NCBI GenBank assembly: GCA_049517655.1
Contig: JBEKRQ010000001.1
Span: forward strand, 749,379-813,378
From: Verrucomicrobiota bacterium
Lineage (GTDB): Bacteria > Verrucomicrobiota > Verrucomicrobiia > Limisphaerales > UBA11358
DNA length: 64,000 bases
Direction of reading: 5' to 3'
Shown here piece after piece: positions 9,824-17,444 of this stretch (the stretch's first letter is position 1; the number at the start of each line of letters is the position of its first letter). A program made the position numbers and the translations under genes. Under the pieces are notes generated by a model that was given only the letters and a program-made list of their open reading frames with translations, was not told the origin of the DNA and made no database searches.

Positions 9824-11218
9824 ATGGTGGCAGAGCTTGTTGACAACGCGCTCGGTGCTGCCAGCACGAATCAGAAAGTGTGGATTGATCTCTCGCTGCA
9901 CCCTGACGGCGGAGATCTTTACATACTTCGAGTGTGGGATAACGGCCCTGGAATTCCGCTTGAACGGCTTGAAAAGGACGTTTTCTCACTGGGACATCCT
10001 CCTGGTGGCACGTCTCATTTGCATGAGCATGGTTTCGGACTGAAGAATGTATTGGCAAAGGCACAGCAGCTTTCAAAGTTGCCTTGGTTTTTTCGAACAC
10101 GGGATTCGGCGGTTCTTGCACAGAACAAATTCTATCAATGTAAACGTCCGTTCTCATTCTCGATGCCAATTGACCCTCTTCCTTCGGCTGATTGGCCAGC
10201 CTATGCCTCCCAAACCACAGGCACGATTTGCGAGATCGTCGTCCCGATGACATATATGCAATCCGTTGCCTTTGGGAGACGTGGAGCGTTGCCTCGCGAC
10301 CTTGGCAAAATCATGGACTATCTGAGAGAACATCTTGGAGTCTTTTATCGCGGCTACTTGGAAGGTGGCGTCAGGGCGAACACGCAGATATTGACATCGA
10401 CGGGTCTCGGAGCACAAGATCATGTGGATCTCGTCGAGCCAGATTTCAAATCTAAAGACACGTTCACATTTAACCTCACACTTTCGGGTCAGCAAGTGAC
10501 AGTCACTGGCATCGTCGGACTTGTTGATAAGGATTCCCCAAAGACTAAGTCTCGTCTTCTCTACTACAAGCATGTGCCTGAATCTCAAGGAATCGATATT
10601 CGAGTCGGGAAGCGCACTGTTGCGACCCGCTTAATCAGTGAGATATGGGAGCGCGACAGACATCCATCTCTAAATGGTATCGCGGGTGAATTCCTAATTC
10701 CCGGCATACGCGGGGTTGCACCACCGACCTTAAATAACAAGACGAGCATCGATTTCGATAGTCCAACTTGGCATGCGGTTGTTGACGGGATTCAGCAACA
10801 ATTGCCTACTGATGACCTGCCGCACGGTGGCGGAAAATCGGAGGACAATCTTCGTGACGAGTTGTTTCAGCACATTAGCGGTTTGAAAAGGCCGACTCAC
10901 ACTCTCGAAAAAGAATTCGACTGCATACATGGTATTGCTGTTGATATTGTGTGGGATCAAACCGCTGCCGCAGGACCAATCGACATCTACGAAGTGAAAA
11001 AAGGCAAAGCTGCACCTATCGACTTATACCAGTTGGTCATGTATTGGGATGCTTTAGCAAGTGTTGGACGACAACCAACGACCGGACATTTAGTTTCAAA
11101 TGGCCGCACAGCGGGAGTGAATACACTCCTTGAATTCCTCAGAGGGCGAAAGGATGCCAACGGCCACCAATACGACTTGGTGGTCGAGGATTGGAGTACG
11201 CATGGCATTATTCCATGA
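9824..11218 (+). CDS. GHKL-type ATPase (HATPase_c_3/MORC-MutL-like N-terminus) fused to a RecB-like PD-(D/E)xK nuclease domain
   Basis: N-box ELVDNALGA (aa 4-12), G1 DNGPGI (39-44), G2 HGFGLKN (69-75), GT motif TTGTICEIVV. The C-terminus has VD374IV ... IYE390VK392 ... Q403LVMY407 (D / ExK / QxxxY). Confidence 0.7.
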   Translation: MVAELVDNALGAASTNQKVWIDLSLHPDGGDLYILRVWDNGPGIPLERLEKDVFSLGHPPGGTSHLHEHGFGLKNVLAKAQQLSKLPWFFRTRDSAVLAQNKFYQCKRPFSFSMPIDPLPSADWPAYASQTTGTICEIVVPMTYMQSVAFGRRGALPRDLGKIMDYLREHLGVFYRGYLEGGVRANTQILTSTGLGAQDHVDLVEPDFKSKDTFTFNLTLSGQQVTVTGIVGLVDKDSPKTKSRLLYYKHVPESQGIDIRVGKRTVATRLISEIWERDRHPSLNGIAGEFLIPGIRGVAPPTLNNKTSIDFDSPTWHAVVDGIQQQLPTDDLPHGGGKSEDNLRDELFQHISGLKRPTHTLEKEFDCIHGIAVDIVWDQTAAAGPIDIYEVKKGKAAPIDLYQLVMYWDALASVGRQPTTGHLVSNGRTAGVNTLLEFLRGRKDANGHQYDLVVEDWSTHGIIP

Positions 11219-11243
11219 TGTGTTTAGGGTATTTACGTCATGC

Positions 11244-11286
11244 CTGACGACTCCTCCAAATAATTTGTGCTGACCCGTTGAGCGTG
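11244..11286. repeat. R-repeat copy a (CTGACGACTC...TTTGTSCTGACCCGTTGAGCG)
   Basis: Aligns by eye with copies at 11480-11538 and 12806-12860. It is the most diverged copy. Confidence 0.7.
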
Positions 11287-11304
11287 CTGTCCCAAAGGGA
11301 CCCC

Positions 11305-11460
11305 GGAAATTAGCCCGGCACATCGTGCCGGGTTGATTGTTCATCTCGCATTTTTCCGTCCTGAGGGGACGGCGGAAATATACGCACACTTTCTACCGTC
11401 CCTCCGGGACGTGACACATTCTTCATGCCAACCGGGGGACGTTGTCCCCGGCTAATTTCC
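11305..11460. repeat. 156-bp hairpin-rich element bounded by 11-bp perfect inverted repeats (MITE-like or structured RNA)
   Basis: ggaaattagcc (11305-11315) pairs with ggctaatttcc (11450-11460). Internal GC hairpins at 11314-11332, 11356-11372, 11397-11411 and 11432-11451. A further GTCCC/GGGAC hairpin lies at 11289-11301. Confidence 0.8.
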
Positions 11461-11479
11461 ACTGCCGCTCCGCGGCTGG

Positions 11480-11538
11480 CTGACGACTCATTTTTGAAAG
11501 AATTTGTCCTGACTCGTTGAGCGCGTTGCCGGAGTTGC
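11480..11538. repeat. R-repeat copy b
   Basis: ctgacgactcatttttgaaagaatttgtcctgactcgttgagcgcgttgccggagttgc, lying 3' of the GH10 gene. Confidence 0.85.
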
Positions 11539-11556
11539 TGCCAAGCCAGCTCCTAA

Positions 11557-12642
11557 TCAATCATTCGACAACACATTAATGACCGCGTCAAATGCCGGCT
11601 TCGCCTGAAGCTTTCGGTCAAACAGCAATGGATAATTCGTGCGGCTTTTCCACAGGTTATAGTTCAGCCACGACTGACCGTCTTCAACCCCCCAGAATGT
11701 AACGCGCGGAATGAGATCGCGGTGTCTCTTGAAAATTGTAAACAATTCCGCATACCGTCCTGCCTCTTCTTTAAGAACTTTAGCAGGGACACCTGCTTTG
11801 TACGGATTGCTTCCATCGCGTGGCAACACATCCACATCCAGCTCCGTCACGATCACCTTGATCCCTTCTTTCCCCAACGCCTCGATCCCCGTTTCGATCA
11901 CGCTCGCATCGGGATACTGCAGGTGCCAATGCCCCTGTATCCCGATCGCGTCCAACCTTATGCCCGCCGCCTTGAGACTGCGAATCAATCGGATCACCTT
12001 CGGAAGCTTCACCGGGTCTTCCACGTTGAAATCGTTGTAATAGAGCGGCACATCCGGATCCGCCGCGTGCGCAAACTCAAACGCCTTCTGCACATAATCC
12101 TCTCCAATCGCCCGCAGTGCCGGCGTATCGCGTAAATACTCCCCAGGCTTGTCACTGATCGCCTCGTTCACCACATCCCAACTGCTCAGTTTCCCCTTGA
12201 AGTGTTTCATCACCGTTTCGATATGGGACTTCAAGTTCGCCAGTGCCTGCTCTCGCGGCAGCGGCTTATGCTTCGCATCCTCAAACATCCACGGGGGCGT
12301 CATCTGATTCCAGCACAGCATATGCCCGGTCACCGGCAATCCATGCTCTTGCCCAAAAGCCACAATCTGATCCGCTGCATTAAACGTAAACTTACCCGGC
12401 TCCGGCTGCAGAGAAGAGGGCATAAATTCGTATTCCCCCGTCAGACAATCAAACTGCTTGAGAATCAATGCTACTGTCGCCGGGTCGTCTAATTGCTTCG
12501 ATCGGATCGCAGCCCCAATCAAGAATTGATTCCCCGCCGCTTTGCGCAAAGTGGCCTTTTGCTTTTCTCCGCCAATAGTCACACAAAAGAAAAGCATCGC
12601 AACCGTCGCGACACCAAGCCATCCTCGCCATCGTAAGTTCAT
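11557..12642 (-). CDS. secreted GH10 endo-1,4-beta-xylanase
   Basis: N-terminal hydrophobic signal. GH10 catalytic motifs WDVVNEA (acid/base Glu) and VIVTELDVDV (nucleophile Glu). Confidence 0.9.
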   Translation of the reverse strand: MNLRWRGWLGVATVAMLFFCVTIGGEKQKATLRKAAGNQFLIGAAIRSKQLDDPATVALILKQFDCLTGEYEFMPSSLQPEPGKFTFNAADQIVAFGQEHGLPVTGHMLCWNQMTPPWMFEDAKHKPLPREQALANLKSHIETVMKHFKGKLSSWDVVNEAISDKPGEYLRDTPALRAIGEDYVQKAFEFAHAADPDVPLYYNDFNVEDPVKLPKVIRLIRSLKAAGIRLDAIGIQGHWHLQYPDASVIETGIEALGKEGIKVIVTELDVDVLPRDGSNPYKAGVPAKVLKEEAGRYAELFTIFKRHRDLIPRVTFWGVEDGQSWLNYNLWKSRTNYPLLFDRKLQAKPAFDAVINVLSND

Positions 12643-12805
12643 TTACCCCCAATATCCCACCAGCCAGCAATACTCAATATCAGAGTAATCCAAAGGGTCG
12701 CCAAGGTTTGCATTGTTTTGGGCCTGCTGTTGTGCTGAATTCGACAAAATGGTTCAACTGGCCAAAGCATATGGCAGCCAGCCTAAATAGTTCACTGGCG
12801 TCAGA

Positions 12806-12860
12806 CTGACGACTCCTTCAAAGAATTTGTCCTGACCCGTTGAGCGCGTTGTGGAGTTGC
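12806..12860. repeat. R-repeat copy c
   Basis: ctgacgactccttcaaagaatttgtcctgacccgttgagcgcgttgtggagttgc. Same orientation as copy b, lying 5' of the GH10 gene. Confidence 0.85.
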
Positions 12861-12914
12861 GCTGATTCATTTTCAACGCCAAGGCGCGAAGAGGATGCCA
12901 AGACGTGACTTCTA

Positions 12915-12969
12915 GTGGCACAGGCCTCCGGCCTGTGAACCCTAAACACAGATCAGAGATCTGTGCCAC
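12915..12969. repeat. family-C double-hairpin element (GTGGCACAG...CTGTGCCAC), intergenic copy
   Basis: Hairpins cacaggcc-tccg-gcctgtg and cacagatc-agagatctgtg, with outer gtggcacag / ctgtgccac complementarity. Confidence 0.85.
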
Positions 12970-13020
12970 GGGTTTGCATTTCAATTTTGTCCGTTTTTCC
13001 CTGTCTGCTACACTACGGTC

Positions 13021-13356
13021 GTGGCTGAGAAAACATTCGGTCCGAATTCGCCGTCCAAAAAGAGTGCGCGACTCAAGGCTATTGGCCTTATCGTGCTCCT
13101 GCTTGGAATCAGCAGTGCGTGCCTTGTTTATTGGACCCGCTCTCCGGATTTAAGCGATGACCTTTCCATGCTGGGATATAACAAAGTGCAACAGCGCCAG
13201 ATGGGGCAGCTTTATGGCAAAATGGGTCTTTTAATTGAGGACTGGTCCAACGACCTTAAACGTCCCGGCACGCAGGCAACTCTCATTGCAACGACTTCAA
13301 TCCTCATCGCGCTTGGGTGTTTTTACTTCGCCCGATTGTTGGAGAATGGCGACTGA
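13021..13356 (+). CDS. hypothetical small membrane protein
   Basis: 111-aa ORF (GTG start) with two hydrophobic helices (IGLIVLLLGISSACLVYW, LIATTSILIALGCFYFA). No recognisable family. Confidence 0.4.
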   Translation: MAEKTFGPNSPSKKSARLKAIGLIVLLLGISSACLVYWTRSPDLSDDLSMLGYNKVQQRQMGQLYGKMGLLIEDWSNDLKRPGTQATLIATTSILIALGCFYFARLLENGD

Positions 13357-13433
13357 ACACACTAGTGTAATCGCAGAAGCAGTGATTTCCCTTTTCATGT
13401 TGTTTTCTGAGTAATGGGTCCATTTACAAGTTT

Positions 13434-13483
13434 GGTGGGGTGAGCGTCCTCGCGAACCGGCTCGTCAATAGCCTCGCCCCACC
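13434..13483. repeat. family-A variant (GGTGGGGTGAG...CTCGCCCCACC)
   Basis: Terminal inverted repeats ggtggggtgag / ctcgccccacc. Intergenic. Confidence 0.8.
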
Positions 13484-13547
13484 TAAACTAATCTACCATT
13501 GTTTTCTACTTTTCTTTCACTGAAAACTGAGTCAACATCGTTTCATT

Positions 13548-14258
13548 ATGAAACGAATTTTTGTCCTCGTTGCTCTTGTTTTCACCATCGTTGCCGCGCG
13601 CGCTGATCTTGTCATGGAACAAAAGATTGAGAGTCCAATGGTCAACGGCAATATCACAACCAAAATCAAAGGTGACAAAGTCCGCCTGGACATGCCCGCC
13701 ACTCCGCAAGGCGCCATCAGCACGATTATGGATGTGAAGACGGGTGATTCGATTACACTGATGCATGGACAGAAGGCGGTGATAAAAATTTCCGGCACGG
13801 AGATCAGGCAAATGGCCGAGAACATGAAAAAGGCGCGGGCTAATGGCGCCGCCACGAACACCAAACCGCCAAAATTCCATGACACGGGCAAAACTGAGAA
13901 GGCGGGCGATTACGACACGGAAATTTACACCTGGTTGAGTCCCGATGGCGCAACCCAGACCGTTTGGGTGGCAAAGAACTTTCCGAATTACGCCGGGATC
14001 AAGGTTCAAATGGACAAGCTGAACAATTCACCCGTCGCCCAAATGTCCAAAGACACGTCGCCAGACGTCGGCGCACTGCCGGGCATGGTGGTAAAAACAC
14101 AAATGGAAATGAACGGACAGAAAGTCACTTCCACTTTGGTGTCAGCCAAAGAAGAATCTGTTGACGCGTCAGTCTTTGAAGCGCCGAAAGATTATCACGA
14201 AATGGTTCAGCCGGCGATGTCCAAACAACCTGCCCTTGGAACAGCGACAAACAGGTAA
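13548..14258 (+). CDS. secreted hypothetical protein (DUF4412-like by recollection)
   Basis: Signal peptide MKRIFVLVALVFTIVAARA followed by a beta-rich sequence. The family assignment is tentative. Confidence 0.5.
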   Translation: MKRIFVLVALVFTIVAARADLVMEQKIESPMVNGNITTKIKGDKVRLDMPATPQGAISTIMDVKTGDSITLMHGQKAVIKISGTEIRQMAENMKKARANGAATNTKPPKFHDTGKTEKAGDYDTEIYTWLSPDGATQTVWVAKNFPNYAGIKVQMDKLNNSPVAQMSKDTSPDVGALPGMVVKTQMEMNGQKVTSTLVSAKEESVDASVFEAPKDYHEMVQPAMSKQPALGTATNR

Positions 14259-14333
14259 TTGCCGATGCCAGCGCTCATTCCGCGCTTGATAAAAAGGCTT
14301 TGCCTGCCCTGGAAGACAATTCCGATTGCGAAT

Positions 14334-15158
14334 ATGAAAAATAAACTTTCAGTTATTCTTGCCATTGCGGTGTTTTTGCTTTCCAGCCCGTGCATTTTTG
14401 CCGCGGAAACCAACGACCCCACCGTCGAGTTCAAAGCTTTGGTCACAAAAATCAATGCCGACATTCGTGCGGGCAATAGGACGGAAACAGCCCTGGCCGA
14501 TGACCTGAAGCAATTCGATGTCCTGCTGGCCGAGCACAAGGGCGAAAAGACCGATGCCGTCGCCCGGATTTTATATATGAAAGCCGTGTTGTATGGCGAA
14601 GTTCTCCACAACGACGCAAAAGCCGCCGAACTCAAGAAACAACTCAAGACCGATTTCAAAGGCACCAAATTCGTAGCTTCCCTTGAAAAGCAGGAGGCAA
14701 GGCAGGCCGAGGCGAAAAAGATTCAAGCTGGCTTGGTGGAAGGGATGAAATTTCCCGACTTCAACGAGAAGGACACGGCGGGCAAACCGCTTTCCATTGC
14801 CAACTACAAGGGCAAGGTGGTGCTCGTGGATTTCTGGGCGACCTGGTGCGGGCCGTGTCGCGCCGAACTGCCCCATGTCATTGCCACCTATAAAAAATAC
14901 CACGACCAGGGATTTGAAATCATCGGCATCAGCCTAGATCAGGATCAGGCAAAACTCACCGGGTTCACCAAATCCATGAACATGACGTGGCCGCAATTTT
15001 TCGACGGCCAGGGCTGGCAAAACAAACTGGCCGTCAAATATGGCATCCAAAGCATCCCGGCGACCTTCCTGCTCGATGGCGAAGGGAAAATCATCGGCAA
15101 GGATTTGCGCGGCAAAGAATTGGAGCAAGCCGTCGCAAAAGCAGTGGCAAACAAATAA
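14334..15158 (+). CDS. TlpA/ResA-family periplasmic thiol:disulfide oxidoreductase
   Basis: Signal peptide (MKNKLSVILAIAVFLLSSPCIFA) and thioredoxin motif WATWCGPC. Start moved inside ORF 14259..15158. Confidence 0.85.
   Translation: MKNKLSVILAIAVFLLSSPCIFAAETNDPTVEFKALVTKINADIRAGNRTETALADDLKQFDVLLAEHKGEKTDAVARILYMKAVLYGEVLHNDAKAAELKKQLKTDFKGTKFVASLEKQEARQAEAKKIQAGLVEGMKFPDFNEKDTAGKPLSIANYKGKVVLVDFWATWCGPCRAELPHVIATYKKYHDQGFEIIGISLDQDQAKLTGFTKSMNMTWPQFFDGQGWQNKLAVKYGIQSIPATFLLDGEGKIIGKDLRGKELEQAVAKAVANK
14760..14857. repeat. 98-bp tract 100% identical to 17040-17137
   Basis: Base-by-base comparison of the two TlpA-module genes. The flanks are clearly diverged. Confidence 0.9.
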
Positions 15159-15230
15159 TAACCCCAAGAAGCAACACCACACAGAAAGATTCACCCGACA
15201 ATTTGTCCGTTTCCCCTATAGAGAAAATGT

Positions 15231-17438
15231 ATGAAATTTCCCTCCTCGGCTTCCAAGACATGGATTCAGCCTTTGCTCGTAACCTGCTTGATTTTTGTGT
15301 CAGTCGTGGGGTGTAATAAAATAAATTCATCTTCCTCGGGGAAAAAACTCGAATCTTCACCCCCTATTTCCGCCAATGACAAGGCAAGACAGGAACGGTT
15401 AAATTGGAACCTTCAAACTCTTGTAATGGCGTATGAAAAGGCAGGCCATACCGGCCGACCATGGGATACGTCAGCTAAAAACGCTTTGACTGAGTTCGCC
15501 CGCTTGAGATCACAAGTGACTGAAACTAACGAGCGCGGGGCACAAATTATTGCGACAAATTGCGAAGCTGCCGTCAAAGCCGGATGCGATGACCCGCTGA
15601 TTGCCTATCTCCACACGCGTTTCGTTCTGGACCAGACCAACACACCCAAGATTTTCGCCGACGCGTTTTTGAAAAACGCACAGGATATCCAACAAAGCAC
15701 ATATCCAAGTATCCGGAAGTTTTATGTTTCGTTACGGGCAGTACAACAGATTTACTACACATTTGGCACAAATGCAGACAGCCAAGAGATCCAAGCCGCT
15801 GGCGGCCGGCTCTTGGAATATCTTATGGGCGCCCTTAATGACAAAACGACGCCACCCGGCGAAGTTTACGAAGCATGTCTTGAAGGTCTCAATGCATACC
15901 AAGGGGACAAGAATCTGTATGAGCAATTTTACAACCGCATCGAAAAGCCCTTATTCGAGAACTGGCCGGATGAATCCGAATCCTGGTTATTAAAAGGAAA
16001 AGCCCATATCGAAATGGCATGGCATGACAGGGGCTTTAGTTACGCTGATAAAGTCAGCGAAGAAGGCTGGGAAGGGTTCGAAAAGCATCTCAAGACCGCC
16101 GAAGAAGCACTGAATCAGGCATGGACACTCAACCCCAAAGACTTGCGCATTGCCAACACAATGCTCGTGTTGGAATTAGGACAAGGGAAAGGTCGCGACC
16201 GGATGGAATTGTGGTTCAAGCGGGCAATGGCACTGGATCCCAACTCCTACGAAACTTGCGACCAAAAACGGTACTACTTGGAACCCAAGTGGTACGGCTC
16301 GGATGAGGACATGCTGGCGTTTGGCTGGGAGTGCACCGAGAGCACCAATTGGGGCGGGAAAGTGCCATTGGTGCTATTGGACGCCCACGAGGCCATCCAG
16401 CGTCACCTCGACAAATCTGATCAGGACAATTATTGGACACGTCCTGAGGTATGGTCCGATATACAAATGGCATTTGAAAAGTTTTTTCAACTCAACCCGG
16501 ATGCCACCAGTTGGTATCACAATTACGCCTGGTATGCCTATCACTGCGGACAATGGCGCAAGTTGAATGAGTTGATTCCCAAACTCGGTCCGGTCAATTA
16601 CTCCTACTTTGGAGGCAAGGCCGAGTTCGACAAAATGGTGAGCCTCGCCAGAGAGCATGCTGGTGAAACCAACGCAGAGATCAACACTACGCTGATCGAA
16701 ATCTATCGTTTGAATACAAAAATCGACGCCAAGGTGCATGAAGGCAAACAGACGGAAAACGATTTCGCGGACTTGTTGCAACAATGCGACACCTTACTTG
16801 CAAAACATAAGGACGAGAAAACTGATGAGGTGGCTCAAATTCTTTTTGCCAAAGCCAGCTTGTACTTGCAGGTTTTTGACAACGCGCAGAAAGGCCGGGA
16901 ATTGATTCTCCAACTTAAGCAAGATTTTCCCGAGACCAAACTAGGCAGGAACGCGGATAAAATTCTCGCTTTGATCGAACGTCAGGAAGAGGTCAAAAAG
17001 ATCAACCATGCACTAGCTGAAGGAATTCAATTCCCCGAGTTCAACGAGAAGGACACGGCGGGCAAACCGCTTTCCATTGCCAACTACAAGGGCAAGGTGG
17101 TGCTCGTGGATTTCTGGGCGACCTGGTGCGGGCCGTGCGTGGCTGAGTTGCCCAATGTGCAGGCAACTTACCAGAAACATCATGCGCAGGGTTTCGAGAT
17201 CATCGGTGTCAGCCTGGATGCAGATCAGCAAAAGTTCGAAAGCTTCATCAAACAGAAAAATATGACCTGGCGGCAATACTTCGACGGACAGGCTTGGAAC
17301 AATAAACTGGCCATAAAATACGGGATTGAAAGCATCCCGGCGACCTTCCTGCTCGACGGCGAAGGGAAAATCATCGCCAAGGATTTGCGTGGTGAAGAAT
17401 TGGAGCAAGCCGTGGCCAAGGCACTGGCTAAAAAATAA
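15231..17438 (+). CDS. lipoprotein: ~460-aa helical-repeat N-terminal module fused to a complete TlpA-like thioredoxin module
   Basis: Lipobox-like LIFVSVVGC. The C-terminal ~270 aa are homologous to the whole mature product of 14334..15158, including WATWCGPC. The N-terminal part is W/Y-rich and helical (DUF4034-like by recollection). Confidence 0.8.
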   Translation: MKFPSSASKTWIQPLLVTCLIFVSVVGCNKINSSSSGKKLESSPPISANDKARQERLNWNLQTLVMAYEKAGHTGRPWDTSAKNALTEFARLRSQVTETNERGAQIIATNCEAAVKAGCDDPLIAYLHTRFVLDQTNTPKIFADAFLKNAQDIQQSTYPSIRKFYVSLRAVQQIYYTFGTNADSQEIQAAGGRLLEYLMGALNDKTTPPGEVYEACLEGLNAYQGDKNLYEQFYNRIEKPLFENWPDESESWLLKGKAHIEMAWHDRGFSYADKVSEEGWEGFEKHLKTAEEALNQAWTLNPKDLRIANTMLVLELGQGKGRDRMELWFKRAMALDPNSYETCDQKRYYLEPKWYGSDEDMLAFGWECTESTNWGGKVPLVLLDAHEAIQRHLDKSDQDNYWTRPEVWSDIQMAFEKFFQLNPDATSWYHNYAWYAYHCGQWRKLNELIPKLGPVNYSYFGGKAEFDKMVSLAREHAGETNAEINTTLIEIYRLNTKIDAKVHEGKQTENDFADLLQQCDTLLAKHKDEKTDEVAQILFAKASLYLQVFDNAQKGRELILQLKQDFPETKLGRNADKILALIERQEEVKKINHALAEGIQFPEFNEKDTAGKPLSIANYKGKVVLVDFWATWCGPCVAELPNVQATYQKHHAQGFEIIGVSLDADQQKFESFIKQKNMTWRQYFDGQAWNNKLAIKYGIESIPATFLLDGEGKIIAKDLRGEELEQAVAKALAKK
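17040..17137. repeat. 98-bp tract 100% identical to 14760-14857
   Basis: See the partner tract. It covers FNEKDTAGKPLSIANYKGKVVLVDFWATWCGPC. Confidence 0.9.
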
Positions 17439-17444
17439 TTTTTG

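Noticed and set aside
11244-12860. R-repeats as integron attC sites flanking gene cassettes
   Set aside because: GTTGAGC fits the GTTRRRY core. However, I find no matching inverse core (RYYYAAC) in the proper arrangement, the flanked genes are on opposite strands, and there is no integron integrase.
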